Assembly: GCA_973895155.1 (NCBI GenBank)
Contig: OZ316896.1
Location: 18,774,754 to 18,838,753 of the forward strand
Length of the DNA stretch: 64,000 nt
Reading direction: 5' to 3'
Source: Marsupella aquatica
Lineage: Eukaryota; Plantae; Marchantiophyta
Shown: positions 1-13,109 of the stretch, in pieces
How the letters are laid out: every line of letters starts with the position of its first letter
How positions within the stretch are numbered: the stretch's first letter is position 1
Notes under the pieces: generated by a model
Database searches by the model: none
What the model was told of the DNA's origin: nothing
Seen by the model: only the letters and a program-made list of their open reading frames with translations
Program-made: the position numbers and the translations under genes

Positions 1-57
1 AAAACAGAAATATTTGAACCTCCAAAAGTAACATAAGCCTGCTAGCACGGCACTTAC

Positions 58-2785
58 CCGAGTCAAACATGTCAAGAATTAGCACTTCCACAAAATACCC
101 GAATGGCCAGTGCCCATCTCCATCTGCTTCATTGCTGTCTTCATCTACTGCAGCTTCCATAACAAGCTGCATGGGCCAGAAAAGGTCAAATACAAAAATC
201 AGCGACTGCGTAACTTTAGGACTGACCTACCTAGGGAAGCCACCTTCTCACCTCATACAGGCAAAAGTTCGCAAGCTTTGTTCAGTTTATTTTTCACTGG
301 AGGATGCCCCAATATTATCAGAACTACCCAGAAAACCAGTGCCTTCCAATTTAGAGGTCACACCATTCAACTGCTTGCATTTACGAAGATATAATATGGA
401 AGTTAACTAGTGCTCCAACAGTGAAAATGCTCAATGACCTACTTTTACCTTGTCACAAGCGTGTGGCTGCTCAGTGATGACAGCCTTCGTATTCTTGACC
501 CTTTTCAGCGATGGCTCTTCAACATCTTCTTCCTCTTGCCAATCCTTTGTTCCTTCCTTCACAACGCCTTTCGCTTTCCTTTTGAGTAGGTTTTTCTCCC
601 TGGCACTAAGAGTTCTCGACAGTGACCCAGGTACCATGTTGGCCACTAAGTCTTGAACTTCTTGCTTAGCTCCAGCTGGAGAATGAAAACCCTGGCGACG
701 ACCATCCCCATTTGTATACGGTCCTTTTTGTACGACTATATCTTCATCGTGGATGATATCATTCACGTCCATAAATTGCTCACAGCCATCCAAACCTGCA
801 CAACAGCAAGCACACTACATTGTGAAACAATGCGAGCTAACGTTTATCCCTGCCCTTTGAGGAAACAAGAGCCAAAATGACTGAATTGAAAGATTTTAAA
901 ACACCCGAGGCCTGTCAGCTAAAGTTTAGTAACATCGGTGGCATGCAGTAAGAGAACCCACGAAGCAGGAGAGCACTGACCCAATCGGCGGCGAAGATTC
1001 TTTTTTTGCCGATCAAGACGTTCCGCTGCAGTCTTAGTAGTGTCCACACTTACATCATACTCCTAATGATAAACATTCCAAATAATCAATACCGTATACT
1101 GCTCTATCATTCCCGAAAGTCTTTCTCCAAAGAATGTTCTGTTTTGTTTCTAAAAGAATGCCATGAAGGTTTCTTCACATCCTACTGAACCAGCTCTTTT
1201 CAGATTCTATTTCAATAAGATTCTTTCTTATCTACAATTCTCGGGTTCACAATGCATAGATTGGACAAAATTGATTCCCGCCATACTGAACTGGGTCATT
1301 TAACTCAGTCTATCGCATTCTACGTCTGAGCTCCAATTTGTGACATACTTCATTGTGAATCTACTAGATCTCTCAGAAGAACATCTCATTTCGCAGAAGC
1401 ATTCAGTGAAGACATCATGACATCCTGTGGCGATGTGAAAAGCTTCCGAAGTGCAAGTGCACAATTCACTCTACGTCGACGTACATAATTAAGCCTTACA
1501 AAGTGAATGCCAGTAAACGTAAACAAGCGCCAATCTATGACGTACCTGGCCAGCTGAAGCGACAAGGGAGGCTCCAAACTCCAGAACTCTTTGTATGTCA
1601 AAACTGTATACACCGGTCCCAAGTTCATCATCAGCGCGTGACATGAAAAAAATTGGAATTAGGAAAGTAAATCGATCTACCTAAGAAGAGTCTTAAATAG
1701 AAATTTAAAAGATTACTAGAAGCAGCATTTACTCTCCCATTTTCCGTGTGAGGTAAGCACATGAATTCTCACTAATCAAGCCGGGCAACATACCTGCTGA
1801 AGGTCAGGGAAGTTGCAGATTGAGAAGCCCCTGTAGAACCCAGTTCTAGTAGGTTCGACAGATTTAAGACAATTCCAGCTTTTGCAAGCTCTGCCTCCGC
1901 CTTGGAAAAGAGTTCCTTCACAGTTACATGCTTCACGTTTTCTGCAATAGCACCAATAGCCTGTGCTGCTGCAACTCGTGTATCCCAGTTTTTGCTTCTC
2001 AGGAACTGACGAACCTGCAGGGTAACGATCAACCTTAATGATCAATTGGAAAACATGCAACAGCATGTTTGCCATAATTACAGCTACCACCAAGTTATGA
2101 AGTACGAGCAAAGCCGTATGAACACCAAACCCTAAGACATGCTCTGCGAATAGCTATGCGGTTAGCGAGTCGATATATTGCACAACAATCAATTTCAAAG
2201 GATTTGAGCTTTATTGAAAGCCCACTTTCCGCCAAGATATCTATAGATCGCAGTGGTCTCCGAAGCATCAGTATTGTCAAAAAGCGTGCTTTTACGTAAT
2301 GTAGAATATACAATGAAACGCTTCGACCACGGAATGTGACTTTATCCACCAGAGACGAGCTCGCCCAATCAAATAGCAAGACGAAGTTTTCTACGATTCA
2401 TATATAAGGCGAATGGGAGCTCACTCGTCTGAGAAGAGGACGTAGCTCTGTAGGGTGCTGTTTTGCAATTTCACCAATCTGTCTGGCTGCTGTTCGTCTA
2501 GTGGTGGACGTCGATCCAGCTGCAAAAGCGGAGTCGACCAGAAACAAACACACGAAGCGATGATCCAAAATCCTCTCATAACGCAGATAGTATGAAGGGT
2601 AGAATCATGACAGTGCAGCAAAACGAAATACTGATAAAATCACATAATTTAAAAACTGCGTCAACTCGAAAGAAATGGAGCAAAAAAAACAGGAGAGGAG
2701 AGGGGCAGTATGTCAGAGAGGGTGCTAGTAGCATACAGTCAAGAAGCGTAAGGAGACGGTGAAGTCGAGAAGTCTGTTGCGCCAT
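58..2785 (-). CDS. BTAF1: TATA-binding protein-associated factor BTAF1/MOT1 (SNF2-family ATPase), N-terminal HEAT region; gene continues beyond the left edge
   Basis: GT-AG exons 2785-2737, 2519-2425, 2014-1794, 1603-1546, 1062-981, 795-449, 166-58 join in frame: MAQQTSRLHRLLTLLDSGSTSTTRRTAARQIGEIAKQHP...VRQFLRSKNWDTRVAAAQAIGAIAENV...FDIQRVLEFGASLVASAGQEYD...QKKNLRRRLGLD...LSAREKNLLKRKAK...WPFGYFVEVLILDMFD. These are hallmark Mot1/BTAF1 N-terminal motifs. Confidence 0.95.
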
Positions 2786-5439
2786 CTCTGACGCCGCTCA
2801 CAGCAAGCACACGGTCTCATGTATCTTTAACCGTTCCTCTTGTCCGATGTTGGATCCTCCTCACTGACACTATATATCCGCACTCTCACGTCTGACAGAA
2901 GGACTAAATAGAGCCAAGTCGCTACTCCTCCAAAGTCGGCTCGTTGACGATCACAAATCGTCATTCCATCGTGCACCACTCTTCCAAACAACCACGCCGC
3001 CATGAGTGAGGGATGTTCTACCACGACGGACCTCCTGAGAACGCGACATACTTATGTCCTGCTGCGACATTACCGACGATTAACCTAAATCTCTAATCGT
3101 GCTCTTTCCACTCTGTCGCTTCCCCCGACCGAAGTCCCACACGCTCCTCGCAGAACTCGTCCCGATTTGTACAAATTCCTAGAAAACAAACAAGATTGAC
3201 TTCGGAGTCCCATAAGTCGAATTCCTCGACAAAAACATTCATCTAGTCGGCCAGTTCCAACATCCTCGCCCTCCCACTCCAGCATCCTCGAAACCGATGC
3301 TCGATCCGCCAAACTTCATCCGAGTCCTCCACTCCTTCCTCGTCCGAGATCCTCGTTGTCTGCCTGTCGATCAAATTTCTTTGGACAGCACCGGCCTTTA
3401 CAGAAGCTCGGCAAATCTGCCAGCAGTTCTCCATCGAAACTCCATCTCTCGGCCGAACGCGAGCTCCCCCTAGACCAGCGAAAACACGCGAACAGCAACC
3501 TCCCCGAGAGGTCAGAAACTCCCTCTACCGAAATCTGAAATCTGCAAGAAATCGACACACACAACTCCGAAAATCTGAGGGAAGATGAGTTCAAGCTTGC
3601 GACGGATGTCGCATAAATAAATGATCTTGCAGGTTTAGGAGCCGCGGAAGTGCAGGCTCTTCGCACTTTCTGCGGATTAGCAACTAATTACGAGCAATTA
3701 GGACGTTCCGGGCACTAATCGCACCGGCGAAATGAGGCGTGGAGAATAATTAACATATTGATCATACACTAAGTGAGTTTACTCGCCTGTTTAGTGGCCA
3801 CAATCAATAATAGTCTGTAATTTTTTCTCATGTTGGAAATGTTACTTGCTTTATAGGGTTTTGACAGCCAGTGAATCAAAGTAAACTGATATTCGTGAGA
3901 ATGATGCTCTGAACGTTGGTCTTTGAAAACCAATGGACGACATTTTTCAAAAGTTGACTTAATTGTAACAACTTCATGTTCATAATGTTTTAATATTTTG
4001 TAGTTTCATAATAATTGTTTGACCAATTCCAATCCAATGTATATAAATAAGTTGTGGACCCTTATGCTTTATATTGTCACGAAGCTACACTTCCTCCTGT
4101 TTGTTACTTTTTAATTTCAAAAGGAATAATACACCACTGAGTCAATTATGTCAGTATCAATATGCTCAAAACATTCTTAAAACATGCATCATTATTTTCA
4201 TGTTTCATAAGCACTCTAAACCATTTTGTTGATCACTTACTTATAAAATTCTCAAAATTATTTTGTTTTTTGTATTTTCTAGGATTAGGATGACATTACA
4301 ATAGTAATTGTTGTTGCTAGTGATACTTTAATTGACTAACTATTGTCAAAATCTTACCTTCTCCAACTCCTAGGGAAATGATTCAAAGAAAAATAAAGGG
4401 AACAAATTTTCATACAACACTCCCTACTAGAGTCTCCCTACTAGACTTCAATCCATTCAGTCAATGAATGTATCAAATCTCAATAATTAGTGGCTACGAC
4501 TAAAAGAACGCCCAACAAAACTGGAAAGTTCAACATCGCCGACCCTAATCTTTATAATTCTTTCTTTTGTCCCCAAAACCTATCTTCATTTTTTATTTTC
4601 TTTCAATCCCTTTTATATGATTGGTTTGATGAGGGTCATCAGAAAACTTTGGAACATCTAGTTTTCTTCAGATTGATCTAGTAAGCTGTCCCCAAGCTAG
4701 GTAGTGACATAAAAAAACTCAGCCCAAATGGAGTCAAAGCCCTACTGTCCAAGACAAAACCTGCATCCACCACTTTTCTCTATTTTTGTGACTTTTTCCT
4801 GAAATTGTAGAGCAAAGTCTCACCATAAAGGAGCTGAATGTGAAAACGAGAGAAGTCTTGGACACTCCTTTTATATGACCAGTTGTGGTTTAAGACAATA
4901 AAGTTGTGGTGAAAAAAACTATTCCCATGCTAATGTACCTAAACATAAATGATACCCAAAAAGAGCAACTGACTATGTAAAGATGATCAATTTATAAGTG
5001 CACCCTTGTCCTGGGTATTATCAAGATTGATCTCATTCGTTGATTTAAAAAATATCCATCATTTCTTTTGACTGATCTTGACCATGGTGTGCCGTCATCC
5101 TCTCTTTGTCAGCCAGTGAATTATAAAATATGTCAATCCATTAGATCTATTGACTAAAAGTTAGTCATTGATATTTTTAAGTAAATGAATACATATTAGG
5201 AAATTATTTATTAATTATCAAAAAGTCACTGATGTTATTTGAGGAAAGGAATAAATTAAAATGATTACCCTGGTGTGGCAGCAAGGCACAGACCATGCAG
5301 TCTGGTGTGTAAAAACCACCCCCAAAAGCCCAAAGAACATGAACTCCAAAGCAAGCAGTGGTGATAGATAGGGTCATGCATGTTTGGGTGAGCAGGTGAA
5401 GGTCTGCAAGTTTCTCAAGGCACTGCAGCCTTCCCCTAT

Positions 5440-5965
5440 TTTTCCCAATGCACCTAAGAATAGTCCTCATGTCAAAGAAAGCAGCACCTCCCTCCTCCTA
5501 TCTTCATCATAGGAGATGAGCTTTGGCTAGCATGGCGGACAGAAGACCAACATACTCCTTGTAACCATGTATCCCAATGCAGATGAGAAAACCCCACATG
5601 TCAACGAAATGCAGCACCTCCAGCTTATCCCAAGTCAAACAAAGCAACCACCTCCAGCTTCTCCCAAGTCAAACAAAGCAACCACTCCTCGTCTTATCTT
5701 CATCATAGGAAATGAACTGTGGCTTGCTTGGCGGAACGTCGTTAACACAAGAACCATAGAGATGGCAAACAACAATTGTAATCCAAAGATCCCCTTGGAA
5801 CCTACCTCTTGCTCCTACCAAAACCCCTAACAGTGCAACCATCTCCCTCGTATTAGCTTCATCAGAGGAGATGAACCGTAGCTTGCATGGCTGAACGTGG
5901 TTGACACGAGAACTACAGAGATGGCAAACAACAGCTGTAAAGCCACAAACCTCCTTGGAACCTTG
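5440..5965 (+). pseudogene. Decayed repeat-containing coding sequence of unknown family (3 copies of an FIxG(D/N)ELWLAWR-like motif)
   Basis: Copies near 5500, 5695 and 5855 translate PPIFIIGDELWLAWRT, PRLIFIIGNELWLAWRN and PRISFIRGDEP*LAWLN. Copies 1 and 2 differ mainly at third codon positions. Frameshifts and a stop are present. Confidence 0.4.
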
Positions 5966-7576
5966 TAAGACGTACTCCGCTCTATGCATATTTATTAGAT
6001 GTTGTTTACAGAGACTTCTCCATTGCATCAAAATAATGGAAAAGTTTGTAAACAGAAGATCGAGGAGGTGATAGCACGGAGCGACTCATTTGTACTGAAG
6101 AAGCACTACAGTCACTTTCCAATTCTGTCCCAATTGAGATAAGGAGTCTGCCAGGTAGATTTATTAGCCATCTAAACGAATACAAGAGTTTGATCCATTT
6201 GGCAGATTTCTGTTGTTTCAAATGACCATTTAATCTCTTGCAATTGTAGGGTCCAGACAGTCCTAGTCCATTGATGGTCCCATGACCCCATTGGGTCACA
6301 TCCTGGCAGGCTTTCATTTCAGGTCTGATCGGCCACGATCTCAAATGCTTGAAATGACTCTCTCAAACTCTTACTAGAACCGAATCAACTGTCTGAATTC
6401 CAGTAATAAATTCTTCTGTTCACATGCCAGAAGAGAAAGACATAGCTTCGGGACGGAATTTCACCTTTCTTTCGAAACTGACAAGAGGGAAATATATACC
6501 AGACATAAAGCTTGAGGAGGACAGTGCCAAGAGAAGCGCACAGCTAGAACAAACGTACCAGATACTTAATTAATATACAGCATATACAACAATTATTTCT
6601 CAGCTTTAACACGGTATCTGTCAAACCAGCCAGAGGTCTAATAGAAGCAACAGAAAGTCGGCCAGCTAGTCGAGTCAACTCGCATCCATTGAGAACATGA
6701 AGTAACGCGTGGGCAATGGGCTGATTTCAAGTCTCACACCCACCTCAACATAATTTGCCAGTGAACTTTGCGACAAAACCGACTTTCAGCACTGATATGT
6801 GCCGGGCCCAAAGTGAACTTCGCAACATCAAGAATCTCTTCTTTGGCCTTACAAAGACCACATAGCCATCTAGAAAGAACATGCACGACCAGAGACTCAA
6901 ATATAAAAGAACGGGACAGACAGAGTAACCTTACGCAATGGACTAGTGCCTCCCGCCGACCCACACAAGAAGAGGAAAACAGAAAAAGAACAATACAACA
7001 CAATTAGTAAGACCTAGACTGATAACTGCGACTTGTTGACCTGGACGCATAAATCAGAATCACACTGACGCACAAAACACCAGTTGTTGTGCAACAAGAA
7101 TGTAAACCAAATCACACGAGTTAAAAAAATGACGACATCTTCCTGCAACCGGCAAAATAAGAAACAAGCGCCTTCTTAATCGTGTTGCTGCTATCTTGAT
7201 AAATGGGAGCTTCAACAATCATCCACTGTTCCGATGGTTGACAGGAAACTCTAAGATATTATTTTCGGCATTGTGAAGTGAAATGCAAAAACATCATATA
7301 CTTCGAAAGTATATGAAAAGTTATCGTAAGTGGCTCGCAGTATCCACCTACAACATCAATGTTGAACTACTCGAAACTTGATCATCAAACTGAAACTTCG
7401 GCCGCATCCATGGCTTGTCCTGAGAACATAAATCTGCTGAGAACATAAATCGGGCTCGTACTGACAAGCGAATCAGTGCAATCAGCACAAATTCTAGTAT
7501 ACACGTTAGAAGTAGCTGTCCGTTCCGAGCTAGGTCAGCATGTATTAATTATAGAAACCACCAAAGCACCGGGCTC

Positions 7577-9110
7577 CTAGCCAATCAAGAGCTTGCCCTC
7601 CTCCAAGAATTTGTAAGTCGGAACTTCTAAGTTGTAAGGAGCAGGTCCCTTGCGAGCACGGCCGGAAATATCATAGTGACTACCGTGGCAAGGACAGAAC
7701 CAGCCACCGTAGTCACCAGCATTTGGAAGGGGTACACATCCAAGATGGGTGCACACTCCTACAACAATGAGCCATTCAGGATTTTGTACCCTGTCAGAAT
7801 CAGGTTCGGGGTCTCTTAGTTCACCAAGGTTAACCGTGTTTGCACGCTTGATGTCATCCTCAGTGCGATGCCGAATGAATACAGGCTTTCCGCGCCACTT
7901 CACAGTGACCGTGGACCCGGGCTCAATGCTTCCCAAATCAACTTCCAAGGAAGCCATAGCGAGAACGTCTCTGCTAGCAGACATACTCAGAATAAACTTT
8001 AGCACCAAGAGACGGAGTGCAGAAGCATAGATAAACCGCCCTCCTGTAAGAACGAAGTAAGTAAAGGCTCTCTTGCTGGGATCACCAGGAGGATATCGTT
8101 CGTGAACAACCTCATCGTAAGCAATCTGATTCGTGGGGTTCTTCAGGGCCGCCAGCGTAGGAGGAAGGTGATCCCGGGTCGAGCTCAAAGCATCTGTCGC
8201 AAAACCTGAGAATTGACGGGATTTCCACTTCAGGGAAGCTCACAAATACCTTTTGCAAAGATACCAGATCACAAAACAACGTCACAAGAGCTGGATTTAC
8301 AATTTGAGGCTACAGGAGGGAAATCAGTTTAAATTACTCTTCCGTTAACTCCCATAAGTAAGATCAGAGCTTGCAGCGCATATTTACAAATTACATAGAA
8401 GCTATTCGCAATAGATGTTTGTATTTGACTGACACAAAAAACGACAAGTAACAGTAGCACGTCCATTTTCTGAGGAGAAATACATTTGTCGATAGGTGAC
8501 AACCCATCCCTACATCTACTTCGAAGCCGATGTCGAGTCATAAAAATTGAACCGCAGAAAGACTCATCGACTACATCAAGTATCCAAGCCCTAAAGACAG
8601 GAACAAGACCGAGCGGGTCTGAGTGCGCTCCAAGAGCAGGAGTCGAATCGAAGGGAAATTTGACCTAAAACAACACTCATCGCCTACGTCAGGAGCGACT
8701 AATTGCCCACGACAACCCCCAACCGTGACAACCTAACATGATTGCCGTGTCCAAACAAACTGGAAACTCTCATCATCCGCGAGGAAGTGAAACTCTAACA
8801 CAACCACCAGCGACTCATGCTCGGGTAATACAAACTTGCGGCATCGGCACACCACTGTTTCAAGTGAGGAAGACAACAAAAACAGGACTGCACAGAAGCA
8901 TTTACACACACCTCGAGAAAACCCTGAAATTCCATCTCTCGTTACGATGCCTGCCAACGGACTCCGCTCGCTGCTCTGCTGCTCCTCCTCACCACTCCTC
9001 GCAAATGTGAACAGAGGTGAATTGCTCCTCCCCGCCACTGACGACGCCGATGCGGAGTAGAGCCGGAAGAGCGAGGTGGGCACCTTGCGCCCCGCCCCTC
9101 GGATCATCAT
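7577..9110 (-). CDS. UCR1: Mitochondrial cytochrome bc1 complex Rieske iron-sulfur subunit (275 aa)
   Basis: Exon 1 9110-8912 (Arg/Ser-rich presequence [10 protein letters not shown]...GFSR), GT-AG intron, exon 2 8205-7577. Rieske boxes CTHLGC and CPCHGS, TM segment [31 protein letters not shown]. Confidence 0.97.
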
Positions 9111-11039
9111 GTTTCTTGCGCTCTCGTTACCGAACAATATCGGGCCCGGAGAGAACCAGAGTACTCGCAAATCTCCGATCGACCGATCCCTCAGACCTCC
9201 GATCGAGTGACGCAATTTTCTCGTTGCCTCTCGATGCAACACAGAAAATCGATCGAGCAGAGCGAATCGATCAAAGGACAAGAAAGAGGCCAAAGGAAGG
9301 GAAAGAGAAAGGGGAGAGTCGCCAATCGCAATACTTGTTCTGCCTTTCGAGAGGACAGGCAGATGCCGGGGATCTCCTACGGACCACCGCCAATAGCCGG
9401 GAACCGGGGTCTTATCTGCGAGGGATTCGAGTTCGAGCAAGGGGCCACCGGACGCCCCGGTAAGCTATGGTTCTGTGGGGTCCTGGTTGGTTGGCTCCTG
9501 GACGCCGCGGTAAGCTGTTATGTGGTTCCGTGGGGCCTCCCCATTACTCCTAATTAGCGCCAACACTAGGAGGGCAGTGCAGTTATCTATCAATAGTCTC
9601 ATTACCTATCTAGACCAAATATGTACCTCGAGCTTCATTTTATATTTTCTTTCCCCTTGTTATTTGATATATTTGAGTGTCTCACCAGTTTGTTGGGTTT
9701 ATCTTGAGTTTCATTTTATATTTTCTTTCCCCTTATTATTTGAGATATTTGAGTGTCTCACCAGTTTGCTGGGTTTGTTCAACAGGCTGTTTGTGATCCC
9801 GCTCGTGATATTCATGGATGGATGGGTCCCTCTGGACACCCACTATCCACCTTGACCATGCACCCTTTGTCAACACATTTCAATTGGCCTGAGAGCATGC
9901 TCAAGCTCAAACAATTTATCGTCAATCCCTCACAGTGGCCGCTATTGTGCTTCCGTACACACTTGCCCCCCTCCAGTACATTCATGTTGCACTAGCTAAT
10001 TTAGTTAGTACACCAAATGTGGACCATTAGCTCTTCCCACATTCGCTTCTGATGTGGACACTTCAATGTTCCATTTTTGTTAGTTTCTTTTCCCCAATAT
10101 TTTCAATAATTACTTTTATGTATAGGATATTTTTATTTTTTTAATCTCTATCAAATGCTTCAATAAATTTTCACCACAGTATAATTTAATTTTTGCTAAT
10201 GTCAAATTCCAAACTAAAAAATATAGTTATGCTTGAAATTTCTTAACTCACTACTAGCTATGTAAATTTTGTTTGGCTCCCTTTTTCTTACATTGGAGAA
10301 CATCCCCAAATCCTTCCCCCAAGACTCTTGTCTGCATACATTTTCTCCCAGTTCAACTTTGTAGCATATATTCCTAGCCAGGAGAACATTACAAACACCT
10401 AAGCAACTTGCTTAGGTAAGTTGGCCAGGGGATTAGCCTAGCTGAGAGGTCCCAAGGCTCAATGCCCCCTTTAAACTCAAGGGGTGTGGATATAGGTGTG
10501 TGTGTGGGCACCTGGTGTAGTGGTGGGAGTGTTGGTTTTTCTTGGGTCCCTTCCTGGCGGCTTTGGGGCCCTAGTTCAACTCTCCTCTCTCTCGCTCCTG
10601 GTATGGTGACCTATAGGATCGATGGGTATCATCCACGTGTGGCTACCGACTAGGTGCATGCTCTAAAGTATATTGTCTATTCTGTGATGATGGGTATATG
10701 TTGCTCTTCAGCAGGCTCAAGCATTCACTACTCTTTGTAGGGGTGAGGCAGTTGGGGTTAGGGTTTTTGTTGTAATTAGATTCCGTTGTTTGACCCTCCC
10801 ATGCAGTTCACCACAACTTTACCAGGTTCTTGACTTTGTAGATTGGTAGTGTTTTGGTTTGCTTGTTTCTGCTCTAGAAGTGGTTTGCTTTTACAAAGGT
10901 CCCTCCCCTTGCTTGAGTTTTTTGCTAGTGGTATTGTGTCTCCAGGTTGTCTGTCTGTTATTTTGTTGGCAGTGTAATATACAGTCTATTGTATGTACAT
11001 AAATACAGTGTATAGATGCATTCCTTGGGTAACTGCAGG

Positions 11040-12893
11040 TCGGGGTCTGGGTATTACCAAATCCGCATGACTAAGGGAGATGAGTATAAGATCGCAATGC
11101 GCACAAGGTTTGGATACTATGAGTTTTTGGCTATGCCGTTCGGGTTGTGTAATACAACCGCAACATTCATGAAAAATAATGTTGAATACCATATTTCATG
11201 ACTTGTTTGACTAAGGAGTTGTAATTTTTATTGACGATATCCTAATCTACTCAAAAATGTTGGAGGACCATGAGCAATTGCTCAGGGAAGTATTCTCTTG
11301 CCTTTGTAAGGCTTGCCTCTTTGCTAAACCTAGCAAGTGCAAGTTTGCAATGAACAAGATTTAGTTTCTCGGCCATACCTTTCCCCCAGAGGGGATTACG
11401 CCTAGACAGGACAAGCTTAAGGAGGTCAAAGAATGGGAATGCCCGTCCAATGTGAGGCAGGTTAGGGCCTTCTTGGGATTTATGGGGTTCTATTGGAGAT
11501 ACATGAAGGACATTGCAAGGATTGCGAGACCCCTTAATGGGCTATGAAGAATAAAGTGTTTGTGTGGACACAAGATTGCTAGTTAGCATTCCTAAAACTT
11601 AAGGGGCTTATGATAACACCGCCGACTCTAAAGTTACTTGAGATGGAGAAGTCACTCGAGATTTGGACAGTCACAAGTGATTATGCCATTGGCACCTGTC
11701 TACACCAAGACAGACATCCTGTGGCCTTTGAGTCATATAAGTTGGAAAATCATTGGATCACCCCAGAAAGAGAAATGCATGCATTGAGAGATTTACCTTA
11801 AGAACGGTTCCAAGGTGATAATACACATAGATAGCTTGCCGACAAGGTATTTTAGTTCTAAGCCAAGACTGAACTCTAAGGAAATGCGTTGGCAGATGTT
11901 CTTGGAGAATTTTGATTTTGAAGTTTGTCACGTTCCTAGGAAGACAAACATGACAGTTGACACTTTATAATTGCTTAGGGACCATCAACGTGTCAATGGG
12001 ATCACGATGCTTGAATCCAAGGTGCCAAAGGTTCTGGGCACAGCGTATGGGGATGACAGGTTAGTCAGGGAATGACAAAGCAGTGGGGGTAGCCAAGACA
12101 AGGTTAGGCATGTTTCATTGGGGTTGGATATCACACAGTATGTCCAATTATGGCGATACAAGCAAAGGCGTGTATACATCCCAGAATCTCTGGGAGTAGA
12201 GGTTTTGCAAAAGTACCACAACTCGTCCTGGGGAGGGCAGGGCGGACAAGCTCCTACATACCGCAGTATGTCACGAGATGTGTATTGGCCAAACATGAAG
12301 CAATCGGTTCTTTGCCACGTGCAAAGTTGTTACTCGTGCCAAAAGAACTGAACGGTCTATAGGGCAAAAGGAAGACTATTGCAACCATTACCAGTAGCCG
12401 CGGCGCCATGGGAGTCAATCTCCATGGACTTCATTGTTGGGTTACCTGAGTCTCACGACAATAACTCCATCTTGACAATTGTTGATCATTTTTCCAGAAT
12501 GATGTATTTCCTGCCTACTACAAAATGCGTTCGGCCCAAGAGGTTGGCGGTCTAGTGTTTGACAATCATGTCTTTCGACAATGGGGATTGTTGTTGCACA
12601 TCGTGTCCGACCACGACACCAAGTTCACTGGCCACTTCTGGAAGGTGTTGTCCCGGTTATCCAACACAAACCTTACCAAGGGATCAACGTATCATCATGA
12701 GACAATTTGCCAAACGGAATGGTTGAACGGTATTGTGGAAGATTATTTGCGTCATTTTATGACGACCAATCAGAAAAATTGGGCCAAACACTTAACAATG
12801 GCTGAGTTTTGGTATAACTTGACAAAACATTCAGGGAAAGGGTTTGCGCCATTTGTGTTGGCCATGAGGAGGACTCCAAGAGCACCCTCCTAG
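11040..12893 (+). mobile_element. Degenerate Ty3/gypsy LTR-retrotransposon pol fragment (RT-RNaseH-integrase)
   Basis: RT motifs [34 protein letters not shown] and VVIFIDDILIYSK; RNase H-like TSDYAIG..LHQ..HPVAFES; integrase YWPNMK..V..C..CQ, PWESISMDFIVGLP, IVSDHDTKFTGHFW, QTEWLN. Domain order RT-RH-INT is gypsy type. Many stops and frameshifts. Confidence 0.92.
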
Positions 12894-13109
12894 TTCATAA
12901 ATCCGGAAGCTTGGCGGACGTAAAACAAGGTTCCTTTGCAGACAAGTTTACGCATGCACTTATGACATAGTGCATAACATGAACATGGATAAGTGCTGGT
13001 TAGGGGGTGTTTTCCCGGGAGCATGCACTTAGAGATGGTCGACTGTGAATGTTTCGATTTCGAGCACCGTACTCGAAGCCATTTCGATAGAACGAAGGAG
13101 TTTGCAGCT

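Noticed and set aside
4681-4696. Short match to the MULE TIR (gtaagctgtcccc)
   Set aside because: Only about 13 bp with no extension; compatible with chance.
8733-9440. 235-aa minus-strand ORF
   Set aside because: It is Rieske exon 1 read through into the leader and intron; the real start is the ATG at 9110.
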